From Octopus vulgaris (taxonomy: Eukaryota): a stretch of 64,000 nt of DNA. The notes beneath the pieces were generated by a model. The model worked only from the letters and a program-made list of their open reading frames with translations, was not told where the DNA came from and ran no database searches. Positions 40,375 through 52,518 of the stretch are shown in pieces. The first letter of the stretch is position 1. The number at the start of each line of letters is the position of its first letter. A program made the translations under genes and the position numbers. Location of the stretch: NCBI GenBank assembly GCA_951406725.2, contig OX597822.1, forward strand, positions 89,714,001-89,778,000, read 5' to 3'.

Positions 40375-40530
40375 CTAAAAAAGAGGTTTTACTCTATAAA
40401 AATATCATGGGTGATGTTGTTTTGAAGAAAAATGTATATCTCCAGATTTTTAATGATCTAAGCTTGATTGCTGTGTTTTTTTTTATCAAGCTGGATTTTT
40501 ATTTCAAATACACTTGATTAACTCTAAAAA
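40375..40530 (+). pseudogene. Decayed duplicate of shugoshin exon 5
   Basis: gaggttttactctataaaaatatcatgggtgatgttgttttgaagaaaaatgt...ttcaaatacacttgat aligns to 35550-35695; acceptor and donor lost; similarity continues into the intron (41130-41570 vs 35800-36055). Confidence 0.8.
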
Positions 40531-40645
40531 TATCCCATGTTTAAATACTCCAGATATTCATAGTAAATTTGCCAAAAGTATTGTATAAACAAATGTTTTA
40601 TGCTTTTGAAAACTTTGCAGAAGAGTCACTATCGTCATTATTTAA

Positions 40646-40866
40646 CCCTTTCGTTACTGTATTTATTTTAAGATGCTCTGTGTTTCTTTCAATTACTTTA
40701 AATATAACAAAGAATTTAGTAAAATAACTTAGTTATCATTAAGCTAGTGTTAGGAGCATAAATTGTGACTAGGGTTTGGTGGAAAATTTTAATTCAAAAC
40801 TTATGAAAACAAGACATTTGTACTACAGAGCCATAGATGGTTTCAGCCAGGTTGGTAATGAAAGGG
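40646..40866. mobile_element. piggyBac-type MITE nested in an RTE-UTR repeat
   Basis: TTAA|ccctttcgttac...gtaatgaaaggg|TTAA; splits the tail (atcgtcattatttaa/tgtctgttttccatgc) of a minus-strand (GAT)n element. Confidence 0.85.
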
Positions 40867-42873
40867 TTAATGTCTGTTTTCCATGCTGGCATGGGTTGGA
40901 CAGTTTGACCAGAGTTGGCAGACAGGAGAGCTGCACCAGTTTCCACTTTGATGTGGTTTGAGTTCTACAGTTGGATGCCCTTCCTAATGCCTACCATTTT
41001 ACAGAGATGGCTGGGATCCTTCCTTATGGGGCATTGGCATGGGTGCTTTTATGTGGTGCCAGCATGGGCACTACTATATGGTGCTGACATGGGTGCTTTT
41101 TACATGCCACCAGCACAGGGCTCTTGGTGAGAAAAATATTTACATAAGCAGATCGTTTTACATCTAGCTTTCTATGCTAGCATGGGTTGGATGTATCTCA
41201 GCATGTTACCACTTGTTGTGGTACTTCATCATTTGCTGTACCCAGCAACAGAGAAAATGGCCAATTTTGTTGCTTTTATAAATTACACAGTAATTTATAA
41301 ATTATTTTGCTATATGGAGAGCATGAATGAAATACGACAAGTTATGCTTGAAATATCAGGCAGTGAATAGGATACAAAAGACAGAAAGCTGCAGGGTTTT
41401 GAGTAATTGTTGTTGAGTTAATGAAATTAGACAAAGTATTATTATAAAGACTGGAGTACCAGTATCATCATCTGTTGCTCTGTGGATAAAGGGATTGTAC
41501 TGAAAAGAGTATGTCAGTCAAATTATAAGAACTATTAAGAGTCAAAATGAAGTGTAAGATGAAATTTGTAGCTGTTCAATTGAGAAAAAAATATGGTTTA
41601 TCTAACATTCTTCTCTGGCCAATGTTATCAGGCTTCATCAGTAGAAGAATATTGTCTATTTTTGCTAGCCAGCTGTGTAGCAACAAGCTTGCTGTGCAGA
41701 ATGTTTATTAGAAAAATTGAAGTGATGCTGTAAAATGAGATTAACTGATAATTAAATTTTAAAAAAGCCACTCACTGCTTATTTAGTTACAAATTTCTTT
41801 TCAGTGTTTTCAAATACTGATCTTATTTGCTCAAAGAATAATGTTAATAAACCCACCCCATTACCTCTTTTTATCTCCTACTATTTCCACCTTTCTGTAC
41901 CCTGGCACTTTGCATCACTTTTGCACCCCACTCCATTTCATGTCCTCTTTGCTGCCATCTATTACCTTCCTGATCAACACTTACTTCCTCCAACATTCCT
42001 TCCACCTAATATTCACAATTGACCATGCCTCCATCATGTTCATCACTCACTGCAGTTACCCTCTATCCCCGTCATTATCCATCTGCCACTCACTTCTTAC
42101 ATTCCTACCAACTTACTTACCTGCCCATATCTCTTTTATTCACCTTCCTGTAATCTGAGGTTATGCCCTGAAGCATCTTCATTACCATTCTCTTTCTTGA
42201 CCAACAAGGGTAACTATGTAGCTCCCCCATAGAAAGACACCTGTTTCTGATTCCTATCTTAATTTAACTTCTCATCACCTAATATAAAGCTACTTCCTCA
42301 GTCCTACTATCCAACACAGTTGAGGGGTCTTAATTACTTAGTGACTTCACTAGTGCCAGCGTCATGTAAAAAGCATCCAGTACACTATAGGGGTTGGCAT
42401 TAGAGAGGGTACCCAGCCATAAAAGTAGTAAAAATGATACATTTGTCAGACGATAGGCTTCTTTCAGTTTCCATTCTACCATATCCTCTCACAAAGCTTT
42501 GGTTGGTCTGGGGTTATAGTAGAAGGCACTTGTCCAAGGTGTCAAACATTGGGATTGAACCCAAGACCACATGGTTGGGAAGCAAGTTTCTTAACCATAT
42601 AACCCTGCCTGTTCCTGTACTATGCCTACACACCTAAATTTAGCCCAGTAGACCATGTTATTGATTTAATCTTACATATAATAAAGCACAATGTGTGTTT
42701 CATTGGCCATGCTAGGGAAACAACTGTAAATGGAGTGGCAGTGAATGACAGAGACACTAAAAGGCGGGCAAACAGCATTCAATGGTTTTGCTCTGAAGAA
42801 GCTGATATTTTAATCAAAATAAAACTGCAGAGTTTTATTGTAAATTGTATTTAGTTTATCAGTTTAGTTTATC

Positions 42874-42909
<36 letters not shown>

Positions 42910-43029
42910 GTGCACACACACACACATACACACACACAAAATAGTTGTATATGAAATTGAATATTAAACACTTTTGTTTTCAAAATATTATCATTCACTT
43001 GAAGCACAATCTTCAAACTTTGTGCTTCA

Positions 43030-43625
43030 CCGAGGTGATGACAAGTGACTAAGACCTTTGGAGATATGCTGTGCTTGAGAAGACTCGGCAAGCCTAGTGA
43101 GGCCGTGGCCTATGCCAGTGCAGTATGACCAGCCCATCAAAGAGTACCCTTCAATCATTGGGGAATAAACTGCACTTGCAAAGACCTGTTGAGGCAAGTG
43201 AAGTCGTCATTCTGTTCGATGACAGTACCACCTGATTGGCACCTGTGCTGGTGGCATGTAAAAAGCACCATTCGAGTGTGGTTGATGCTGGTGTCGCCTG
43301 ACTGGTCCCGTGCCAGTGGCACGTAAAAAGCACCATTCGAGTGTGGCTGTTGCCAGTGCCACCTGATTGGCTTCCTTTCCGGTGGCACATAAGAAGCACC
43401 ATTCAAGCATGGCTGATGTCAGTACTGCCTGACAGGCCCTTGTGCCAGTGACATGTGAAAAGGACCCACTGCACTCTCAGAGTGGTTGGCATTAGAAAGG
43501 GCATCCAGCTGTAGAAACATTGCCAGATCGGATTGGAGCCTGGTGCGACCTCTTGGCTTGCCAGCCGTCACTCAAACTGTCCAACCCATGCCAGCATGGA
43601 AAGTGGTCTTTAAACGATGATGATA
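43030..43625 (+). mobile_element. RTE 3'UTR repeat with multiple ~57-nt internal subrepeats
   Basis: Repeated gtggcac(g/a)taaaaagcaccattc units, then the family tail ending aaacgatgatgat. Confidence 0.75.
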
Positions 43626-43849
43626 TCATATATATCTATATCAGTATATATATATATATATAAATGTTATGTGAATGATCATATGTAGATATATATTTGT
43701 ATATATACTTACATTTTTTTATATACTTACATTTCTTTTTCTTTTGTTTTGGTTCATTTTTCCATGCTTGCCCTTTGTGATACAAGCCCTTATTTCCTTT
43801 TTTAATTATAGGATAATTTATTTTACTGACTTCAATCTAAAACATGCAT

Positions 43850-43992
43850 GTGTGCACACATTCACACATGCATATATATATTTGTATATATATGCAGATA
43901 CATAGGTGTATATAAATATGTATGCATATGTATGATTATATGTATATATATATATATATACATACACACACATATGTACATATATATGCATG

Positions 43993-44030
<38 letters not shown>

Positions 44031-44300
44031 CACACACATATGTACATATATATGCATGTATATATATATATATACATACACATATGTACATATATATGCA
44101 CACACATGTACATATATATGCATGTATATATATATATATATACATACACACACACACATATGTACATATATATGCATGTATATATATATACATACACACA
44201 CATATGTACATATATATGCATGTATATATATATATATACATACATACACACACACACACATATGTACATATATATATATATATATATACACATACACACA
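43850..44300. repeat. Complex purine-pyrimidine microsatellite with higher-order unit
   Basis: Recurrent cacacatatgtacatatatatgcatgtata(ta)n units. Confidence 0.95.
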
Positions 44301-44301
44301 C

Positions 44302-44449
44302 AGAGTCCCCTCCTATTTATCATAGTCCTCCAGGCAATAACGGAGGAATTCAAGACAGGATGCCCCTAGGAGCTCCTCTATGCTGATGACCTTGCTCTAA
44401 TTGCTGAGTCACTATCAGAACTGGAGAAGTTTCAGGTGTGGAAACAAGG
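44302..44449 (+). mobile_element. RTE RT fragment truncated by an LTR
   Basis: [35 protein letters not shown]. Confidence 0.8.
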
Positions 44450-44854
44450 TGTAACGAAGGATCTGTTATCGATTCACTGAAAGGGTGTCGATATCCGATC
44501 TAGTCACATATAATCTCATAAGACAATACAGACGAAGTCAGGTTGAAGGTAAAAAGACAGCAGTTCGTTTATTTATTGTGATGTCGTACGTGTCTGATGG
44601 GAGAAATACAGCCTCTGATATACAGCTACGTGTTAGTTTGTTGATGGTCGTTGGCGGCTATCAGTGAGGTTGTCAGAGCCGTTGAATGTACGTCGTATCG
44701 CGGCAAGCTGTGGAGCCGGAGAGAAAGATTTGAGCTTGGCGGGCTTGAGGGAACGTTTCCCGCACATGCGCATGGGGGAAGACTTCCGGTGGCCACCCGG
44801 AAGTAGTCCCATTCTGCGCATGCGCGCTGAACCCTACACAGTAGCATCACTACA
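44450..44854 (-). mobile_element. Gypsy 3' LTR (minus strand)
   Basis: On minus: PPT-like gaggggag then TGTAGTGAT...CGTTACA; AATAAA inside; GCGCATGCGC and CCGGAAG motifs. Confidence 0.85.
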
Positions 44855-46700
44855 AGGCTCCCCTCTGAGTGCGAAGTATGACAACAAGAAAATTTGTGGT
44901 GGTGCTGCAGAAAACAGAAGGCTTGCCGATCCCCCAGAAGACTTGGTACATAATATCATACAACAAGAAAAATTTTTGAAAGAAAGTTAAATGTAGATTG
45001 TCTTTGAAAGTTTCTTGGGCCAATGCACTGTTCTGCCCGATTTTGTAACATACGGTGTGCTCGGGGCACCCGTTGACGGCGAGGGTGGTGTTGTAGGAGC
45101 CGGTGAAGGCAAAGGCGTCTGTGCAGGTGAAGGCGTTTGTGCAGGTGAATGTGCAGTCAAATCAATATGATGGCCTAGAAAATCTAGGGAAGAGCGTCCG
45201 AAAACACACTTGTCGGGATTTATGCGTATGCTATAAGCGCGAAGACGCTGAAAAAGCTGAGAAAGGTGCTGGAGATGATTTTTACGTGTGTCGCTCGCAA
45301 TGAGTATATCATCGACATAGGCAAACACAAAATCAAGACCGTGGACAACCTCATCAATGAAACGCTGGAAAGTGCTAGTAGCATTCCGCAAACCGAAACT
45401 CATGTACAAAAACTCAAAACACCCAAAGGGGGTAGTGATCGCAGTTTTCGGAACGTCGGCTGGGTTGACCGGTATTTGATGGTACGCGCGTATAAGGTCG
45501 ACCTTCGAAAAAATGGTACAACCATGGAGATTTGCCGTAAAGTCCCGGAGATTTCTAATCGGGTATCTGTCGGCTATAGTTACGGCATTGAGGCGTCGAT
45601 AGTCTCCAACCGGGTGAAAATCAGACTCGCCCTTTCGGGCCAAATGAAGGGGAGATGCCCATGGGCTGGTGGAGGGGCGTATAAGGCCAAGTTGAAGCAT
45701 GTGCTCAAACTCGGCCCTGGCCGTTTCTAGTCGGTCTGGCGCAAGGCGCCGTGGTCGTGAAAATACAGGTAGCCCATTGGTGGTGATGAAATGGAGGGTC
45801 GAGTGGGTAGGCTTTTCCGGTTTAAAGGCAATGTCCACTAGCTCCGGAAATTAAACCAAAAGAGAGTGAAAAGGGTCTCCAGAGGTGGCAACAAAGAATG
45901 TCGGGCTAAGGACCGCAGTGGTGGAACTCCCAGTTGGTGTAGAGAGTGACGTCGTGCTATCAAGAAGCCTCCGACGCCTGACATCCACCAATTGATTAAA
46001 CCTATCCAGGAAATCAGCGCCGAGAATAGGATGCGGGATGTCAGCTATGACGAAAACCCATTGAAAGTCTCGACGAAGGTTGAGGTCGAGGCGCAGCGAA
46101 ATCTGACCGTAAGTGGTTATGGGAGACGAGTCAATAGCATGCAAGACAATCGAAGAGCGCTTGGGCTTGTCTGCAGCCAGACGAAGGGGCCAGATGCTGC
46201 AACAGGAGCCGGTGTCCACCATGAAGAATTTCTTCGACACCAGATCTTTTACAAAGAATGCACGATGTTTGGGAAACGAGATGGAAGAAGGTGACGTGCT
46301 CACCTCCTCCGGATTTAGTTTTCCGAGGGCTTGAAAGTGCACGGCTGGGTACACCAATCTGCCTTTTCGGCATACTTCGAATGGTACCAGCACCAGCTGG
46401 AACAAGAAACAGAGTCACTCCGACTACGGGAAATAGAGCTACTGCGACTACGACTGCGAGATAGGCGCCCGATCGCACGGCATAGATCATCGATTCTCCG
46501 CGTAAGCGCATCGATGTTCTCGGCTAGTTTATCATTCGTCGGAGGGGGCTCTGTACATGCGTACAGGCCCCGCGAGGGAGATGGGCGCGAAAACTCCAAC
46601 ACCTTGTCGGCCATCGTGGCGATCTGGTCCACAGACACAGAATCCAGTGCTGTGAACAAAAAAATCCAGTTTTTTCTGCCAAGTCTGAACACGATCAACT
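44855..46700 (-). mobile_element. Ty3/Gypsy gag-protease-RT, internally deleted
   Basis: gag end CWYHSKYAEKADWCTQPC; protease FMVDTG...ILGADFL; RT SPWASPL...DYRRLN...FAYVDDILI...FLGH, fused directly to the integrase tail TKSGRTVHWP (RNase H and integrase core missing). Confidence 0.92.
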
Positions 46701-47324
46701 GTGCACAGTCATCATCCTTCGACGATTTGTTTCCGGTCCCCTCAAACAGTTATAAAAGGAGCCTCTCTTATTTACAGCAATAATGACGACACTAACATAC
46801 ACCACGGATGCCTTCATATCATCGATGCCTTTTCTCTGCCGTCGTCATCACCATCGTCGTCTTTCGACTTCACGTCGTCGTTATCTTCGTCGCCAGCAAC
46901 ACTAAGCAACAATGTGTCTCAAGTCCGTCACTGTCGCCTTCAACACCGTTGACCTCAACAATATGTAAATAGCAACTCGCGGAAGTTTAGCTTTCACGCT
47001 GTTAGTGTATACACACCAGGATTAACAGCACAGTCTACCTGCGAGATCTTCTGTACCAATTTAACCTGTCACAGCATTGAAGCCACAACCGCTACACGAC
47101 ATGTGTTCAACCGGCATCTGCATTTGTGATCTCAGCATTCTATTACAGAACGAACTGCTATTATGTATCAGGCTATTACGGACTGGTAAATTAACTCCAT
47201 CTTGTCTGAAATACCCTGAGAGACTTTTTTTTTCCTATGCGCTGTATTTTTATTTTGCTCGCATTGGATTTTTTTGTTGTTAAGTGATCTCTGGTTCAAG
47301 ACCAGAATCACGTCAGGGTCACCT

Positions 47325-47820
47325 TGTTTGTACTTCTGTCGCACACACGTACACACATAGTTAATACACACACAAATGCTATCTCTCTCACATTCATACG
47401 TCACACATGCCTTTCTCGCTTGTTTTTCCATGCTCAATTTGCCTTTGTAGACACAACTCATCTCTGTAAGACCCTAGGTCGGTCACGTATACATAGAGAA
47501 AGTTGTTTGTCCATTATAACGCGCCAGCATGTCACACTTTTGTTCCTGCACGACCGAGGCATATAATCGCTCAAGCACTGGCTGGCAGCCTCAGCCTTAC
47601 TACATTAACCACTGGCATATTCATTGCTGTGTTTCAGTCTAGCAAGCCCTATTACATTCATGCACCTCTGTTCTGCACGTGTACTGCCTTGTTTTGCAAC
47701 ACGTCTGCGTCAGCTCAATTCTTTTCCCGACTCAAAGAACGTCGGATGTTCACATGCGCTGCGCCCATGTTTAGGCGTAATTTTTTCCCTGTTAGACCCC
47801 TGTTGGTCACGTAATTAACA
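47325..47820 (-). mobile_element. Probable 5' LTR of a different LTR family, with PBS
   Basis: On minus TGTT...AACA termini followed by aggtgaccctgacgtg (PBS-like, 47309-47324); not similar to the other two LTRs. Confidence 0.55.
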
Positions 47821-48430
47821 GAGAAAATTATCTGTCTCGCGCATCACACCAGCATGCTTGCACTGTCACCTTGCTAACCTTACACTTTCAGCTGAAGCAC
47901 TGTCTGCCTTTTGTGTTACTAGCGATCTATCTGTCAATTCCATTTCCTCTCCTGCAGCAATTGACTTAACTGCTATTTCGCAGGATCAACCACCTTTAGA
48001 GGAGTTGGATTTAACTTCGCCTAGGTTTATTAACTGTAAGTTTGCCTAGCTTCTGCTCCTTTCAGCGGAAGGCTCTATACTTTGTGACGTATCCACCGGT
48101 TCTCCTAGACCGTTAGTACCTGAGAAACATCAACGTTCTGTGTTTGATGCTCTTCATTCACTGTCACATCCAGGTATCTCTGCCACAGTTCTTTTGGCCC
48201 AATATGCGACGATCGATTACCTCTTGGGCATGCTCTTGTTTGAAGTGCCAGAGTGCTAAGGTCCATGGACACGTTCGTGCTCCACTTGGACAGTTTTCTT
48301 CTCCTGAAGCCCGTTTTCGCCATGTCCACCTTGATTTGGTTGGACCATGGCCTGTGAGTAATGGGTTCTCATATATATTTAACTTTATCGATCATTTCTC
48401 ATGTTGGCCGGAAGCTATTCTTATTCACAC
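47821..48430 (+). mobile_element. Gypsy integrase N-terminal fragment
   Basis: LCDVSTGSPRPLVP...HSLSHPG...FFWPNM...CLKCQ (HHCC), HVHLDLVGP...IDHFSCWPEAI. Confidence 0.9.
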
Positions 48431-48619
48431 ATGCACCTTTGATTTTGCTCATTTTGAGTATTTTTTCTCTTTTTTCCTTTTGGTAAATTTTCTTGTGTAT
48501 ATTGTAAATTCTGCCATTTTGTTATATTGTGTGCTATTTTGGTTATCTGGTATCCACCTTGAGTTTTTATTAGTCACTACAAGGAATATTGTTCGTGCTT
48601 AGGCACTGGGGGGGAGCTT

Positions 48620-49143
48620 TGTAGTGATCCTATACAACGGTGCGCGCGTGCGCACCGCCCTTTTCTGTTTCGCGCGTGCAGAGTTGGTGCTTTCACCAAG
48701 GCAGAGGGGAAGAGCCCTCTCGCGCATGCGCAAAGACCGGAAGAGGGAATTTGCTGACGTGGCGTTTGGCTTGTTAGGCGAAGGGAGCGTGAACCTTAAA
48801 AGGGTCCAGAGAGATATAGCAGCAGTAGGCAGTGACTTGAGACACGGCGACTGAAGGTTGCAGACGTAGTCTTTTCGCTCTCTCCGGACGCCATTTTGAC
48901 TAGTTCTGTTTTTTAGCGGCTGAACATTGTAAAATCTTACAAGCGATAAAGTTCAGCTCTGACACATCCATACCAAGGGATACCAGATACACCACTTATT
49001 TCGTTCTGTGGATAAGAGAATAAAGTATATATATTTTTTACGTTTGCGTCTTCTGACTGGTAGAATCTGGATATTAAAAGCAACGGAAAGTGATTGCACC
49101 ACTTGCACCCAAAAAGTGCAATAAGCTATTCGTTCCCGTTACA
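48620..49143 (+). mobile_element. Gypsy 3' LTR (sense to shugoshin)
   Basis: PPT gggggggag 48608-48616, TGTAGTGAT...CGTTACA termini, AATAAA 49019-49024. Confidence 0.88.
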
Positions 49144-49675
49144 TATATATATATATATATATATAATATGTGTGTGTGTCTGTGTCCTCATAACTTAGAT
49201 GTTCAGCAGAAGAGACTGATGGAATAAGCACCAGGCTTACAGGGAATAGTAAGTCCAGGGGTCGATTTCTTCAACTAAAGAGTAGTGCTCCAGCATGGCC
49301 ACCATCAAATGACAAACAAGTAAAGGAACAAAAGAATATCACAAGAACGTTCCATACCACTAAACCACAAAGGTTCTTTGAATATGTACAATGTATTTTA
49401 AGGTTAAACAGTAATTCTGTTTATGTTTGCATAACTGAAATATTTTGGTTGGATTATATAGTTATCGGTTTTACACTTCTTTCTATATTCTGTAACCGTC
49501 ACAATATAGAAACATTTCTCATGGCACCAGCACACAATTTACACATGCTTACATTTTTTATGTTTTCCATGAATTTTTCATGGGTCCAGCTAGTAATAAA
49601 TTATTATTTTTCATAATTTTGTTTTCTATGATAAAGGTAAAACCTAATTCTTTTCTTTTCCTATTCATTTTTTAG

Positions 49676-50374
49676 TTGAATTGGAATCTGAAAAATTGTG
49701 TAAAAATGCTGACGAAAATCATTTAAACGTCCCCATTGAAAAACCTAAAATTGCTACTAAAAGTCGCCCTGATGTAGAAAGACGTTCCAGTATTCAATTT
49801 AGACGGGAATCTCTGGATGAAATCGATTTTGGTTCAAATCTCCCAACTACCCGAAAAAGGCGCTGTTCTTCATTACACTTGTCTGCTACAGGTCTTGACA
49901 AAAAGCGTCACCAACAATTGGATATTTTAGAACCGTCAGTTATTAAAGATTCTTGTGCAGAAGAAGTTAATTTGGAAAATGCAGCTGACAGGGATAAAGT
50001 AGTTAAAAATAACTCTAACCATATTCCTTGTACTGATGCATCAATGCCAAATGGTAAAGCTGCAGAAACAGCCTTAGTAGTTAATGATGCTGATAATGGT
50101 TTAAATAATGCCATACCCAACGTTACAATAACTGGTGAAGTTGACATGGAATTGACTGAAATAATAAACAACACTGACGTAATGCATGAGTCATCACAAA
50201 ATCTACCAACTGGTAATGATGTTCATCCATCTGATATAAATCTGGAGAAACAAAAGGATACGACTGTTGCTAAAGAAACTTTTGTTAAACCAACAGTAGC
50301 ACCTAATAAAGTAAAAGCAAAAGGCAACAAAAAATCGTCAAAGAGCTCAAAGGATAAAAAGGAAGATGAAAGAG
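49676..50374 (+). CDS. SGO1: Shugoshin exon 6, copy B (699 bp, phase 1-1)
   Basis: ttcattttttag|TTGAATTG...GAAAGAG|gtgtgt; open frame, about 99% identical to copy A. Confidence 0.85.
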
Positions 50375-50709
50375 GTGTGTATTTCTTTTTTTCTAATTTG
50401 TTTCACTGCCTTTCTATAATGAAATGAAAGGATGCAAAATATAAAAATGCTGCTTAGGTGAAAACATTCACTGACATGGTAATTCGTAATTTCTGCTACA
50501 AAACAAAATGCAGGTCTACAGTCACAAATTTACAGAATCTATTTGATGTAATTAAATATTATGCTTCAAAGTAATGAAATTGAAAACTGAGTACTTCAAG
50601 GTAACTTAGTTTGTTTGTATTTTCTCCTATTGTTTCTCTATTAAAATAAGAAACAAACTGGTCCATTTTCAATTTGAATTAAGAAACTTTCTTTTTTTTT
50701 TCTTTTTAG

Positions 50710-52175
50710 ATAAATGCAAAGAAACTGATGATAATGAAAATAAAACTGTTATTGAGTTAAGGTTACCAAAACCTGGGAAGATTGTTTTTTCCGCGACAAG
50801 GAAAAAATTTTCTGGTCTTCGACCATCTGCACCCAATGTCAGATCAAAAAAGAAAATTAACGAAGAGAAAAAAGACAGGGAAGAACCAAAATCTTTGTTT
50901 GATTTCCATGACAAAACTCCTCAATTGTTAAATAAGAAAGACGTAAAAGATGAAGGCATTTATAATGTTTCTTTGAATGATTCTACATTTGGTAAATGCC
51001 AAAGTCTTGGTCAATATCGTGAGCGAGTTGCCATGGCAAAAGAGAAGAAAAAAGAAGAGATTACTGATGTCAAAGATAATTCAGACAAAATTATTAATGA
51101 TAACCAAACTGTATCCAGAATTTCTAATGAGTGCAATGAAGAAAAGATAAAACTTTCACAGTCTAAGAAATCATTAACTAAAGATCAGCCTGTTGCTAGA
51201 AAAAAGTCACGTTCAAGGAAAAAAATAGATGATGATGATGATGAAGACTATGAAAGCAAACATATATCTACATGTGAAACTAATGTTCCTGTGAGAACTC
51301 TTACCCGCAGAACACGGTCAAAAGTTGTTAGTTATGCAGAAGTTGATGAAAGTTTTGATACAAGTGTTATAAAACCACAAGCTACACCAGAAATTAATAA
51401 AAATTGTCAAAAGACTACTACGAGATTAGAATTGGTTGGTTCTGATAAGACTGATGGAGGCATGAAACAATCTGAAAATTCTAAAATAACCAATAAAAAT
51501 AGTTTAAAGCAAGATTCCGAGATGGTGATTTCAAGTCCTTCTCAAAGTCCCAAGGGGAAAACTTCTGAACTTTCTAACTCCAACAGCAAATCAACAATGA
51601 ATGAATTGCACAAAGACAGAGCACAAAAGCATTCTAAACCAAATGAAAATTTAGAAAAAGGAACTGTATCCTCATTAAAACAATCAAGTAACGTCAGTGA
51701 CATTCTTGAGCGCTATAGAAAAGCTTTACAAGATGATGACGTTTCCACTAATGTACCCTTAAGGATGAGAGGCAGATCAAGCAGTCATATACGGAGAGAA
51801 TCTTTGACCAACTCAACTGCAGAAAATGCTAGAATTGGTTCATCCAAACATAGATCACGATCAGCTTCTTCTGTTAAAGCAGGTAGTACCAATTCAGGAA
51901 CAGACTGCTGTAATTCAGATGAAAAAATGCTTTCTGAATTATCATCAACTAAAATCACAAAAGAGAAAAGACAATCCAGATTAAGTAAAGGAAAACTTAG
52001 CAAATTAGAACAGGAAATTAGTACAAAAAATGTCAGATCCCGATCTAGAAAATCACATAGAAATGTTCCAGAGAAGACGGACAAAGAAAATTTCAGCGAA
52101 AAGACACCTGATTTGATTAATGCTGATGACATTTTAAAAATGAAAAAAGATGTTCACTCTAAAGTGAAAGGAAAG
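50710..52175 (+). CDS. SGO1: Shugoshin exon 7 (large K/S/D/E-rich disordered region)
   Basis: ttctttttag|ATAAATGC...GGAAAG|gtaaat; 1466 bp open; phases 1 and 0 fit. Confidence 0.9.
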
Positions 52176-52381
52176 GTAAATCATCTCTAAAATTTTTTTT
52201 CAGATGCTTTTCATAATTACTTTTTACTAATGGATTATAAGATTGAAATAAGAGGGATTCACTTATTTTTTTTTTTTTTTAATCATGAGTAAATATTACT
52301 GAAAAAGCTTCAGATTTTTGGTCACTTGAAGAGTTATAATGATATACTGTTTGCTGTTCATAATCAAATTTTCTTTTCCAG

Positions 52382-52518
52382 GCAACATTAATTTGTGAAA
52401 TCAAGGAAAATATTGATGTGGAACTCACTGATTTGCCAGCAGAAGCCACTTCAAGAAATACAAGTCCTTTAAATTTTTCCAAAAATACGCCAAAACGTCT
52501 ATCTGAAGATAATTATGG
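52382..52518 (+). CDS. SGO1: Shugoshin exon 8
   Basis: ttcttttccag|GCAACATTA...TATGG|gtaaat; ATLICEIKENIDV...TPKRLSEDNY; phases 0 and 2 fit. Confidence 0.85.

Noticed and set aside
43818-44386. Y/I/H/C/V-rich ORFs (also 12143-12409, 25881-26286, 34422-34754)
   Set aside because: Translations of (TA)n, (CA)n and (CT)n microsatellites.
44450-49143. Single intact LTR retrotransposon or DIRS-like element with inverted LTRs
   Set aside because: The LTRs differ internally, coding parts lie on opposite strands with deletions, there is no TSD, and there is a DDE-type integrase fragment rather than a tyrosine recombinase.
39411-50427. Two stand-alone 247/248-aa genes as given by the ORF track
   Set aside because: They start at TTG, are bounded by splice sites and fit shugoshin exon phases; their C-terminal VYFFF... 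tails are intron read-through.
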